Below are positions 1-9,249 of a stretch of DNA of 64,000 nt, piece after piece; position 1 is the stretch's first letter, and every line of letters begins with the position of its first letter. Both the position numbers and the translations under genes were made by a program. The notes beneath the pieces are model-generated. The model saw only the letters and a list, made by a program, of their open reading frames with translations, searched no databases and was not told where the DNA came from. This stretch comes from Chamaesiphon sp. (GTDB lineage: Bacteria > Cyanobacteriota > Cyanobacteriia > Cyanobacteriales > Chamaesiphonaceae), in contig CBDFFH010000055.1 in assembly GCA_965246715.1 (NCBI GenBank), forward strand, positions 32,001 to 96,000, read 5' to 3'.

Positions 1-1438
1 GCACTTTTCGCAAACCGCTGGAGTTCGGCAAGACGATCGTAAACTCACTACCTTCACCTACTGTCGATCGCACCATAATTTTACCACCCATCCCTTCTAC
101 GAGTGTTTTGACGATCGCTAGTCCCAATCCATAGCCACCAGTCGTGCGGGCGCGATCTTTATCGACTCGATAAAATCGTTCGAAAATTCGCCCCCGATCT
201 TGCAGCGGAATCCCAATTCCCCGATCGCGGACGCGAATAATTGCCTGTTTATCGATTTGTTCGACAATCAAATCGATCGGTTGTGCTGCTGCTGAATATT
301 TAATTGCATTATCTAATAGATTAATTAATACCTGTTTCAATCGATCGCGATCGACGATCGCTTCGACATTTTCTGTTGCGGCAACTTGAATCGATCGATT
401 TCCCAATTCTCCGGTCAGATCGGCCACTTCAGATACCAAGTCGTTCAACAATATTGGTGCTAGATGATAACGAGTATACCCACTATCTGCCCGTGCCAAA
501 TCTAATAAATCTTGAAGTAATTTGATGGTGCGATCGGCTTCTGCACCTGCCGTTTCTAAAGCTTCTCGTTGATAGTCATTGAGGTTATTACTCCGCCGTA
601 ATAAGCTCTGTAAATAACCCGATACCACGGTTAATGGCGTGCGTAACTCATGGGAAATATTGCCGATAAATTGCCGTTGTTGTTCCCAAGCATCCCCCAA
701 CCGCGATAACATCAGATTAAAAGTTTGGGCTAATTCCTGCACTTCAGTCGGCGCATGATTCAGTTGCAATTGGGCATTATTCAGATCTGCTGCGGAAATC
801 GCTCCCGCCATCCGGCTCATTTCCTGTAAAGGTTGGAGCGATCGCCGAATCCGGATCGCGATCGCCAGGATGGTGGCTAGGGTTGCTAAAATACAAACGG
901 CAGTGAGACCTTGAGCGGTAATTAATTGGTATTGCTCGGTAGTCACATCCTGCGCCATGTAAACCTTACCTAGCGGCTGATTCCGTGATGTGACATTCCC
1001 ACGATATAAAATCAGATAGCGATCGCCAACGCGATAAACCTGCGGCTGGAGCGGCATTTCCGCGATCGACATCAATTCGGCACTGACTTTACTAGACTGC
1101 GCCAGAAGCTGTTTGCCATCCGTATTTTTGACCCAGATTGCCAACCCTGATACCGACACATTATCGATCGTTTTTTGCATTCCCTCGGCAACTGGCAACA
1201 TGTCACTGTAAAGTTCGACATCGCGCGGAAACCGCGTAGCAATATACTCGACTTGCTGGGTATGCGTGGTAATCAAAAGTTGCTGCATTTTCCAACTCGT
1301 CCAGACAGCAACGCTACTCAAGCCGAGAATTGACAACAGCGAGACTTCGAGCGTGAGTCGAAACTGAAGCGAAGCGGGGTCGAGATGCCGCTGTTTGACC
1401 TGATGAAATCTCTCCTGGAGTTTAGCGAAGGGTTTCAT
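1..1438 (-). CDS. Membrane sensor histidine kinase (HAMP-HisKA-HATPase), 3' end runs off the window
   Basis: Not in the ORF track. Manual translation from ATG at 1438 gives MKPFAKLQERF..., a TM segment, H-box FIGNISHELRTPLTVV, N-box LLDNAIKYS and G-boxes DRGIGI / TGGYGLGLAIV; the frame stays open to position 2. Confidence 0.93.
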   Translation of the reverse strand, partial: MKPFAKLQERFHQVKQRHLDPASLQFRLTLEVSLLSILGLSSVAVWTSWKMQQLLITTHTQQVEYIATRFPRDVELYSDMLPVAEGMQKTIDNVSVSGLAIWVKNTDGKQLLAQSSKVSAELMSIAEMPLQPQVYRVGDRYLILYRGNVTSRNQPLGKVYMAQDVTTEQYQLITAQGLTAVCILATLATILAIAIRIRRSLQPLQEMSRMAGAISAADLNNAQLQLNHAPTEVQELAQTFNLMLSRLGDAWEQQRQFIGNISHELRTPLTVVSGYLQSLLRRSNNLNDYQREALETAGAEADRTIKLLQDLLDLARADSGYTRYHLAPILLNDLVSEVADLTGELGNRSIQVAATENVEAIVDRDRLKQVLINLLDNAIKYSAAAQPIDLIVEQIDKQAIIRVRDRGIGIPLQDRGRIFERFYRVDKDRARTTGGYGLGLAIVKTLVEGMGGKIMVRSTVGEGSEFTIVLPNSSGLRKV

Positions 1439-1562
1439 TGAGAAATCTAGGGGAGCCGTTCCTTACAAGCAGTTTTATCGTTATTGTTCCACTGTAATCT
1501 AAAGACTCGAGCGCGTCATGAAACAACCCTAATCACCAGATTAATTTTCGCTGAGAAACTCG

Positions 1563-1586
1563 ATCGCGCAGCGTCTCCTTTGGAGA
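1563..1586 (+). repeat. 24-nt small dispersed repeat (SDR5-like) inserted into a CGATCG core
   Basis: ctcg[atcgcgcagcgtctcctttggaga]atcgtg; removing the 24 nt restores CGATCG. Sister copy at 28429-28452. Confidence 0.65.
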
Positions 1587-1716
1587 ATCGTGCATTCGTG
1601 ACAAGTTAAGAAACGATCGCTATTTTTTTAGGGCAGAATAAAGGAAGTTTAGGCAGCTGTCGATCGCCCAATACACTCCTGTCTTCCCCGAATATTTATG
1701 TGCTGCTTTTAGTCAG

Positions 1717-1857
1717 ATGACTTCCCCCAATCGACTCGATCGTCGGATCGAAGCCTTGATAGCTCCTACAGATCCGATCGAACGCGCGAGCATCTGGTCT
1801 TGGGCTTGGCTCCTACTCACATTGCTACCCCTATTCGCTATACCTTTTCATATTTAA
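1717..1857 (+). CDS. Small 46-aa putative single-pass membrane protein
   Basis: MTSPNRLDRRIEALIAPTDPIERASIWSWAWLLLTLLPLFAIPFHI*. Hydrophobic C-terminus; fills the gap divergent from the kinase; below the ORF-track cutoff. Confidence 0.55.
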   Translation: MTSPNRLDRRIEALIAPTDPIERASIWSWAWLLLTLLPLFAIPFHI

Positions 1858-1925
1858 GAAAATTTTCCCCAGCACTTATTTAGAAAAGATGTTATCAATA
1901 ATTTTACGTTTTTTAAATGATAGCC

Positions 1926-2804
1926 CTATAAATGTGATTCAGAAATCGATTCTAACTCGCTCTCGATCGATGGTACTTTATAACCAAATGCGATCGCCTT
2001 ACTAATATCTAGGGAAACATCCGCCGCTCGCGGAGCCGCCATCTGTAAGTCTTTTTGATAGATCGGTGATATGAGTGATGATTCAAAGCCAAAGACTTCT
2101 GCTAGCAATAGGCCAAATTCATACCTTGAGAGTCTTTCTTTGCCGCCTAAATTAAGCGTACCTGGAGCGACTTGTAATGCCAGTAGTAATCCTTTAGCGG
2201 CAGTTGTCGCACTTACTGGTGTCCGAAATTCATCAACGAATAACTTCAAGCTTTCGCCAGCGCTTAAAGATTTAATCCATGGTTGAATAAAGCTCATTGC
2301 AGTTGGTGGTGCCATACCAAACATCAGCGGCATTCGACAGATACCCGCACGGGGATAAACCGCTAATATCTCCCGCTCGGCGGCTACTTTTTGCTCTCCA
2401 TAAATATTGAGGGGCGCGACTGAATCTGTTTCTCGATATGGTGCCTTGGTACCATCGAATACTAAGTCGGTAGAAGTAAATACAAACGGGATTTTGGCAT
2501 CAAAACAAATCTTAGCTAACTGTCGGGATGCTGTAACATTTATGCGATAAGACAACTCCGGATTTATCTGACAAAAATTAGGCTGAGAAGCTGCGGCAGT
2601 ATGGATGATGGCATCTGGAGAAATTTTCTCGAGTGCTCGTTTGACTGACTCTAGATCGGTAAGATCGATCGAGTGTAAGGTGACATCTGGAATCTCGATC
2701 GGATGCTGGGAATAGGTACCATGAACTTCCCAGTCAGTACTGGCGATCTGACACAAATTCCAGCCTAAAAAGCCGCTAGCACCGGTAACGAGTAATTTTT
2801 GCAT
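1926..2804 (-). CDS. NAD(P)-dependent oxidoreductase, dTDP-4-dehydrorhamnose reductase (RmlD)-like
   Basis: LLVTGASGFLG Rossmann motif, STDLVFDG, YGEQK (YxxxK), DEFRTPV. Confidence 0.88.
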   Translation of the reverse strand: MQKLLVTGASGFLGWNLCQIASTDWEVHGTYSQHPIEIPDVTLHSIDLTDLESVKRALEKISPDAIIHTAAASQPNFCQINPELSYRINVTASRQLAKICFDAKIPFVFTSTDLVFDGTKAPYRETDSVAPLNIYGEQKVAAEREILAVYPRAGICRMPLMFGMAPPTAMSFIQPWIKSLSAGESLKLFVDEFRTPVSATTAAKGLLLALQVAPGTLNLGGKERLSRYEFGLLLAEVFGFESSLISPIYQKDLQMAAPRAADVSLDISKAIAFGYKVPSIESELESISESHL

Positions 2805-2842
2805 AGTTAATAACCTCGATCGATCTCACTAAACGCCAAGAC

Positions 2843-3559
2843 TTACTTTTTCTTACCGTCGATCGCCAGTTCGTTATTTCCCAGATTTACCCGATCGACA
2901 TTGAGATTTTGCTGTTGTAATTTTAGCTCGATCGCCTGCTTAATTTTAGCTTCAGATACGCCTAAATTTTGGGCGAGCTGGATAACCGTAAAGGTCATCT
3001 TCCCAACTTTGATTTGAGTATTGTTATCAAATTCGATCCGACTGGCATTTACTACGGGTTTACCGACAATGCCGATGTAGACATCGCGATTTTTTAAGAA
3101 AGGTAATTTATCGGTGAGTTTACTCAAAGCCGCCGTCTGACTTCCCGGCTGGCTATCACGGACTAGGCGATCGATATTTACCAATGCACCCGTATGAATT
3201 TTGCCATCTTTAATATTAGTATTAATCCCAGTAATTCCCGCAGGTATTTGTTTATTGACTTGGGAAGCTGCTAGCTTGGCAACAGCTAAATTAGTAAGGT
3301 CGCGATCGGTGAGTTTCAGTGCTATTTTATCACCGCTTTTAGCTTGCGCGATCGGTCGATCGATCTTATTTTTACTGACAGTTTCCTGCTGGGTGATTTG
3401 ACTCGGCTGCAATGGTAGAGCTGGAGTAGCTGTGCTATTTGTAGCGACTGCCTCAGTATATTCTTCAGGTACATTAGTCGCCTCCTGCCAAATATAATAG
3501 AGACCACCAACAGTCCCAATTAAACCGAGTAAAACTAACTTAAATATAATCTTCTTCAT
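2843..3559 (-). CDS. Hypothetical membrane-anchored protein
   Basis: Likely start MKKIIFKLVLLGLIG (ATG 3559) followed by a TM helix; long open frame. Confidence 0.75.
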   Translation of the reverse strand: MKKIIFKLVLLGLIGTVGGLYYIWQEATNVPEEYTEAVATNSTATPALPLQPSQITQQETVSKNKIDRPIAQAKSGDKIALKLTDRDLTNLAVAKLAASQVNKQIPAGITGINTNIKDGKIHTGALVNIDRLVRDSQPGSQTAALSKLTDKLPFLKNRDVYIGIVGKPVVNASRIEFDNNTQIKVGKMTFTVIQLAQNLGVSEAKIKQAIELKLQQQNLNVDRVNLGNNELAIDGKKK

Positions 3560-3664
3560 CTTGCCAAATCCAAGCTGTCCCGAACGAGACGTGTTATTAT
3601 TTAATGATATAGTAAGCAAGATTAAATTAATTTAACCTTCTAGCCTAGATATTTTGCGTAGAAT

Positions 3665-4786
3665 ATGACGATCTGGGTAAATTTGATAGCGATCGCCATT
3701 ATGGTGTTCGGATTATGGCTCAATAATACCTGGATTGCCGCAGCAGGTTGTGCGATCGCTTTAGTATTATCTCTCCCAATTATCTATCGCGGTATTCGAC
3801 AAGAACTGCTAGATTCGCTATCGCCCTCACAACGCTTGCAATTAATCGCGGCGATTACGGTACTGATTGCGGTGGTGGGCTTGCTCCAGATTTTAGAAGT
3901 TTTCGAGTATCTCGGTAGTTTCTCCGACCAAATCGATTGGAATGCTGTCGGTGCCTCAGGTGAATGGGGCGGTGCATTCGGTCAGATTTTGATTGCCATC
4001 TTAGCAGTATATATTGCTTGGCGACAGTATATTATCTCGCGCGACTTGACGATCGAACAAAACCGCCTCACCACTCAACAAAATATCCTCACGCAACAAC
4101 AAACGATCGATACCTATTTTCAGGGTATCTCCGATCTCGTTTTAGATGAAGATGGTTTCCTCGAAGATTGGCCGCAGGAACAAGCATTTGCAGCTGGACG
4201 CACGGCAGCATTATTAGGGAGTATCGATGCTGGCGGTAAAGCAAAAGTCCTGCGCTTCCTGTCTCAGTCTAAATTACTCAGTCCGCTCCGACGCGATCGC
4301 AGGTTGGGTCGGGCAATTTTGGACGGGAATGGCGGCTACGATGAAGATCGGCTATATGGAGTCAGAGTGATCGATTTGGGGGTGATGTTGGCAGGTGCAG
4401 ACATCTCTCAAACCGATTTACGCTGGACGGATCTTAGCGATGCCAATCTGATTCGCGCCAATTTGAGCGGCTGCGATTTGGTAAAAGCCAATTTTTCGCG
4501 CACGATCTTATATGAAGCCAAATTAACTAATGCAGACATTAAAGGTACTCGATTTTTCTATGGTAATGTCGAATCTGCTAGCCCGCGCAGTCGCAATGAA
4601 ATCCCCAACCATACCACTGGTGAATTTACCGGTGCGGTAATCGAAAATGCCGACTTTACCAACGTCCAAGAAATGTCTGAAGACCAACGTCAATACTGTT
4701 GTGCCTGGTGTGGTGAAGCCTCCCGCCAGACGATTCCCGGTGGCTGTGAAGGTATTCCTAGCAAAGTACCAGAGAAAAAACGTTAA
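3665..4786 (+). CDS. Membrane pentapeptide-repeat protein
   Basis: N-terminal TM helices, then A(D/N)LXX repeats (ADISQ TDLRW TDLSD ANLIR ANLSG), Cys-rich C-terminus. Confidence 0.9.
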   Translation: MTIWVNLIAIAIMVFGLWLNNTWIAAAGCAIALVLSLPIIYRGIRQELLDSLSPSQRLQLIAAITVLIAVVGLLQILEVFEYLGSFSDQIDWNAVGASGEWGGAFGQILIAILAVYIAWRQYIISRDLTIEQNRLTTQQNILTQQQTIDTYFQGISDLVLDEDGFLEDWPQEQAFAAGRTAALLGSIDAGGKAKVLRFLSQSKLLSPLRRDRRLGRAILDGNGGYDEDRLYGVRVIDLGVMLAGADISQTDLRWTDLSDANLIRANLSGCDLVKANFSRTILYEAKLTNADIKGTRFFYGNVESASPRSRNEIPNHTTGEFTGAVIENADFTNVQEMSEDQRQYCCAWCGEASRQTIPGGCEGIPSKVPEKKR

Positions 4787-4838
4787 AGTAACGATCGATT
4801 AGCCACTGGCGCAGCTAAATCTAAAATTAGATAAAGTT
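4568..4838 (+). repeat. 271-bp direct repeat, left copy (3' end of pentapeptide gene plus 52 bp downstream)
   Basis: Matches 9250-9520 at offset 4682. Differences seen: tc/ca near 4689 and a 7-bp block actggcg vs cccagaa. Confidence 0.97.
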
Positions 4839-4845
4839 ATTTTGC

Positions 4846-5751
4846 TTATAAATCCTTAGAGATATCTATCAGTAACGAACGCAACCAAGTGTGGGCGGGA
4901 TGGCGATCGCAGCTTTGATGCCAGTGCATAAATACAGAAAATCCTTCAGTTGAAAGCGGGACTGGTAAAATCTGAAGATCCTGCATTGTTGCAAAGGATC
5001 GTGCGATGCGTTCTGGTAGCGTCGCAACCAAATCAGTTCGAGCAAGAATAAACGGTGCTACTAAAAAATGCGGTAGAGAAATTGCAATATGCCGTTGCAT
5101 GTTTTGCTTGGCAAGATAGCGATCGATTCGACCGATGCGATCTTCAGCAATCGAGACTAATAAGTGATTTTTTGCGACATAATCTTCTAAAGAAAGCGAG
5201 TCATTCGTTGCGAATAGACCGCGACGACAAACACAGACGTACCGCTCAGTGAATAGTAATTGAGTACGATACCAAGCAACATTTTGTGGGAACACCCCAC
5301 AAATAATATCTAGTTCGCCTTTATCTACCAGTGCCATGAGTTTATCCCGATCGCCCGAACGAATTTGAATGGCAATATGCGGGGCAATCGATTGAATTAT
5401 GGCGAGTAATTTGGGTAAGAGCACAAATTCTGTGTAGTCACTCATCCCAATTTTAAACACCCGATCGCTATTGACGGGATCGAAGCTAACCTCTCTAGTC
5501 AAGGCTCGATCGATCTGCTGGAGCGATGGTTGAATTTGACTGGCAAGCTCGATCGCGATCGGGGTTGGATGTAGTGCCCCAGCCATCCGCACGAATAACT
5601 CATCATTAGTTAATTTCCGCAGCCGCGCCAGGGCATTACTCGTGGCAGGTTGACTCAATCCCAGTCTTTCCCCGGCTCGCGTTACATTGCGATCTCGCAT
5701 AATCGCGTCGAATACCACTAATAGATTCAAATCGATGCCCGCAAGATTCAT
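4846..5751 (-). CDS. LysR-family transcriptional regulator
   Basis: MNLAGIDLNLLVVFDAIMRDRNVTRAGERLGLSQPATSNALARLR HTH plus substrate-binding domain; start reassigned to ATG 5751. Confidence 0.95.
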   Translation of the reverse strand: MNLAGIDLNLLVVFDAIMRDRNVTRAGERLGLSQPATSNALARLRKLTNDELFVRMAGALHPTPIAIELASQIQPSLQQIDRALTREVSFDPVNSDRVFKIGMSDYTEFVLLPKLLAIIQSIAPHIAIQIRSGDRDKLMALVDKGELDIICGVFPQNVAWYRTQLLFTERYVCVCRRGLFATNDSLSLEDYVAKNHLLVSIAEDRIGRIDRYLAKQNMQRHIAISLPHFLVAPFILARTDLVATLPERIARSFATMQDLQILPVPLSTEGFSVFMHWHQSCDRHPAHTWLRSLLIDISKDL

Positions 5752-5752
5752 T

Positions 5753-5765
5753 TCATGAATGATGA
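5753..5765. promoter_or_regulatory. Putative LysR recognition site (T-N11-A with dyad arms)
   Basis: TCAT-GAATG-ATGA immediately upstream of the lysR start in the divergent promoter. Confidence 0.5.
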
Positions 5766-5850
5766 TATACAAATAATCCATTGGACAAATGTATTGTAAT
5801 TCATTGAGGATATAAGACATAGCAATTCGACGTTCTCTTATCGCAACATC

Positions 5851-6565
5851 ATGAGCAAGCAAATCTTGACCATCGTTTCTAACGCTGCGATCTCCACCAC
5901 GATGGGTTGGCCGGTTGGTTTTTTGGGCGGCAGAACTAATTCACCCTTACGATGCGTTTAACCGTACTGGTTGTGGCGTTACGATCGCCAGTCCTCACGG
6001 CGGTAAAGTAACATTTGACCCGCTGAGCGATCCGCGCGATGCTTCGGGCTATTCCAAGGACGATCGGCTGTCGCTGGAATATATCGATCGTCCAGAATTT
6101 ATGGCACTGCTGGAAAATACACCCGCGATTACCACCCTTAACCCAGCTGATTTTGATGCGATCGTGGTTTGTGGCGGTCAAGGGCCGATGTTTACCTTCA
6201 GATCCGATCGCGCGTTAGCCGATTTATTCATGCGGTTTTATAACGCGGGAAAACCCAGTGCGGCATTATGCCACGGTACCTGTTTATTGCTAGAAACTAA
6301 GCTGGATAATGGCAAATACTTAATCGAAGGGAAAACCATGACGGGGTTTGCCAATAGTGAAGAGGACTATGGCGATAACTTTGTGGGTAAAAAGATGATG
6401 CCGTTCCGCATTGAAGATGAAGCCAAAAAATTAGGTGCTAATTTTCTCACGGCTGAAGCCTTTGCGGCATATGCCGTCCAAGATGGCAATTTGATTACCG
6501 GACAGCAACAAAATTCTGGCGCAGAAACCGCCAAGTTGGTATTAGCCGCATTAGCGGTTAATTAA
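5851..6565 (+). pseudogene. DJ-1/PfpI (ThiJ) family protein with +1 frameshift
   Basis: ATG 5851 gives MSKQILTIVSNAAISTTMGWPVGF. The T6 run at 5919-5924 has one T too many; removing it joins WAAELIHPY...ALCHG (catalytic Cys). Confidence 0.85.
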
Positions 6566-6635
6566 TAAACGTTGTATTTATTAAGTTATCAATAGCAGGA
6601 AAAGATTCAAGTCAATTATCAAATCAGCGTAAATA

Positions 6636-7004
6636 ATGGCGATCGAACAACTTGAAGGAGGCGTTCTGTTTACGCCGCAAACCGAACCTGGATTTACACC
6701 AAAGACACCCCAAGGTTTGGAAAATACAGGAGTTACACTCCAGATGACGCTCGGACAATCGAGAGGCGAGGCAACAACAGTTGCCTATGGCACGATCGAG
6801 CCAGGTTGTGGTGTCGACTGGGAAACTCATGATACTTGGACAGAATCGATCTATGTAATTGCGGGCGAGGCAACTTGCACGATCGGTTCTGCCAATCCTG
6901 TCAAGGTAAGCCCAGGGCAACTTTGGCATGTAGACAAAAATAATCCGCATCTGGTCAAAAACCTGGGTACCGATCGGTTAGAATTCTTGTTTTTTTGGTT
7001 CTAA
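6636..7004 (+). CDS. Cupin domain protein
   Basis: ETHDTWTESIYVIAG and PGQLWHVDKNNPHLVKN cupin motifs. Confidence 0.85.
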   Translation: MAIEQLEGGVLFTPQTEPGFTPKTPQGLENTGVTLQMTLGQSRGEATTVAYGTIEPGCGVDWETHDTWTESIYVIAGEATCTIGSANPVKVSPGQLWHVDKNNPHLVKNLGTDRLEFLFFWF

Positions 7005-7021
7005 TTGGGAGGAGATAATCT

Positions 7022-7693
7022 ATGGCAGTTTGCATTATTGTTGGCTTTGGAAGGGGAGTGGGTTTAGGCATCGCCCAAGCCTTTGGTAAGGTAGGATACA
7101 CTCTGGGACTGATTGGGCGATCGCCACAAAAATATGTCGAGGCAGTAAAGTTGTTAACCGATGCGGGCGTAACATGTGAGCTGGTTGCGGCTGATGCGAG
7201 TGACGAGACTTCATTGACTGGGGCGATCTCGACGCTGATTCAAACCCACGGTACGCCGGAAGTGCTGGTCTACAATGTCGTTTCTAGCGGCTTTGGCAAA
7301 CCAACTACGCTGGATGCCAAGCAAATGACACAGGACTTCAACTCAAATGTGGTGGGGGCACTAGTTGCTACAAAAGCTGTGTTGCCAGCAATGCAAACAC
7401 AATCCCGTGGCAGTATTCTATTTACTTGCGGCGGATGGGCGTATTCCCCGTGGGATGGTGCTGCCTCGATTAGTATTGGCAAAGCTGGACTGCGGAGCCT
7501 AGCGATGACTCTCGCTCAGGAATTAGCACAAACACCGATTCGGATCGGACTAGTCAGCATTATGGGACAGGTAGAGCCTGGTACTCCATTCGAGCCGCAG
7601 AAAATTGGTGAGGTATTTCTAGAAATGCACCAACAGCCTGTTGGTGCATTCAAGACAGAATTGATATTTACTGGAGAACCGATCGCACTATGA
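7022..7693 (+). CDS. Short-chain dehydrogenase/reductase
   Basis: IIVGFGRGVG, LVYNV, KAGLRSLA; GGAGGAG RBS upstream. Confidence 0.88.
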   Translation: MAVCIIVGFGRGVGLGIAQAFGKVGYTLGLIGRSPQKYVEAVKLLTDAGVTCELVAADASDETSLTGAISTLIQTHGTPEVLVYNVVSSGFGKPTTLDAKQMTQDFNSNVVGALVATKAVLPAMQTQSRGSILFTCGGWAYSPWDGAASISIGKAGLRSLAMTLAQELAQTPIRIGLVSIMGQVEPGTPFEPQKIGEVFLEMHQQPVGAFKTELIFTGEPIAL

Positions 7694-8323
7694 AGATTGC
7701 ATTTATTGGGATCGGTAATGTCGGCGCACCCCTAGCCGATAACTTGCAAAAATTGGGACACGAGGTAATTATTTGCCGCTCGCGATCCTGATTCTAAATC
7801 GGTAATGGCAGCACTGGCGCTCAACCCACAGTTATTAGTAGAGACACCACTATTAGCCATTCGATCGGCAGAGGTGGTCTTTATGGCTACAGCATTCGGT
7901 GACGCAGCATCGGCGTTAACTCCACTGAGTGCAGAACTGTCTGGCAAAATTTTAGTCGATTGTACCAATCCAGTGGGAGCGAATTTAACCCACGGCTTGG
8001 ATAGTAAAATTTCCGCTGGTGAAACCATCCAGCAACTAATTCCCGAAGCTAGAGTTGTCAAAGCTTTTACGATCTATGGCTATAAAAACTTTGAAGATAC
8101 CAGTTATCCCGGCTATGGGGATTTACAACCTGTGATGCTCATCGCGGGGAATGATGATGCCGCAAAAAGTTGCGTCGCCGATCTCTGTCACCAACTGGTG
8201 TGGGAACCAATAGATACCGGGAATATTGCCATGAGTTTGCACTTAGAACATATGGCTTTGCTGTGGATTAAATTAGCGATGAAACAAGGAGTAAATTTTG
8301 TGTGGGCGATGCTCCGGCGATAA
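7690..8323 (+). pseudogene. NADPH-dependent F420 reductase / dinucleotide-binding family protein with +1 frameshift
   Basis: ATG 7690 overlaps the SDR stop (ATGA) and gives MKIAFIGIGNVG...GHEVII. An extra T at 7772-7774 breaks the frame; correcting it reads AARDPDSKSVMAAL...VDCTNP...VVKAF. Confidence 0.85.
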
Positions 8324-8381
8324 GAGCTTAACAATGCGATCGAGTCATCAGCCTTAATTAACGGATTTAGGAGCTAGTTCA

Positions 8382-9104
8382 ATGACAGAGACTTGTGTGT
8401 TAGTACATGGTGCTTGGATGGGCAAATTTTGTTGGGATGAAGTGTTATCCAAACTCGAAACTGCGGGTCATAACGTTCTGACACTCGATCTCCCAGCACA
8501 TGGAGATGACACCACGCCAGCTGAAGCAGTTACGCTGGAACAATATCGCGATGCCATTATTCAGTTAATCGGCGATCGCCCCAACGTAATACTCGTAGGA
8601 CATAGTATGGCGGGGATGCCGATTTCGATCGTTGCCGAAGCCATTCCGCAGCAACTCCAGGCATTAGTGTTTGTTAGTGCCTACTTGCCCCGCGATGGTG
8701 AAACCCTGCTACAACTCTCGCAAGAAGATCGGGAAAGCCGCGTTGGTGCCTATTGGCGACAGGAAGATCCAGAACACTATTCCCCACCTTGGATTGCGGC
8801 TGAAGGCATTGTCGAGGTCTTTTGTGCCGATTGTTCGCCCCAAATTCAGGAATTAGTTAAATCTCGGCATCGAACCGAACCCCTTTCACCATTTGTAACG
8901 CCTGTTGCGCTCACTGAAGGCAACTATGGCTCTGTGCCTCGCTATTATGTGGAAACACTCGACGATTGCGCTGTCAGTCATCAATTGCAAACTTTGATGC
9001 TAAGTCGTGTCAGCACGAACAAACGGTTTCAACTTCCCTGCTCGCACAGTCCATTTTTCTCGATGCCCGATCGCTTAGTCGCCTGTCTCACTGGCTTGGA
9101 ATGA
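8382..9104 (+). CDS. Alpha/beta hydrolase (methylesterase/SABP2-like)
   Basis: VLVHGAW, GHSMAG nucleophile elbow, C-terminal SHSPF; AGGAG RBS. Confidence 0.9.
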   Translation: MTETCVLVHGAWMGKFCWDEVLSKLETAGHNVLTLDLPAHGDDTTPAEAVTLEQYRDAIIQLIGDRPNVILVGHSMAGMPISIVAEAIPQQLQALVFVSAYLPRDGETLLQLSQEDRESRVGAYWRQEDPEHYSPPWIAAEGIVEVFCADCSPQIQELVKSRHRTEPLSPFVTPVALTEGNYGSVPRYYVETLDDCAVSHQLQTLMLSRVSTNKRFQLPCSHSPFFSMPDRLVACLTGLE

Positions 9105-9124
9105 TTCTGCCACAGATATAATTA

Positions 9125-9168
9125 TCAGCACAAAGGCTCGATCGAAACCGATCGAGCCTTTGTGCTGA
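9125..9168 (+). terminator. Perfect 20-bp stem hairpin after the hydrolase
   Basis: tcagcacaaaggctcgatcg-aaac-cgatcgagcctttgtgctga. Confidence 0.7.
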
Positions 9169-9249
9169 ATGCGCTTTATCTATATCTACTGGCACCAATC
9201 GCTTTATAAAATTTGGCGATCGCGCTATTTTGAAGGTAGTGCGGCAAAA

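Larger units (their letters stand above)
4839..9249. mobile_element. Integrase-less genomic islet (LysR + 5-gene operon) bounded by 271-bp direct repeats
   Basis: Accessory genes lie exactly between the two repeat copies; no recombinase is encoded. Confidence 0.7.

Noticed and set aside
5752..5862. Extended LysR N-terminus in the ORF track
   Set aside because: It overlaps the divergent promoter and the PfpI start; the HTH begins at 5751.
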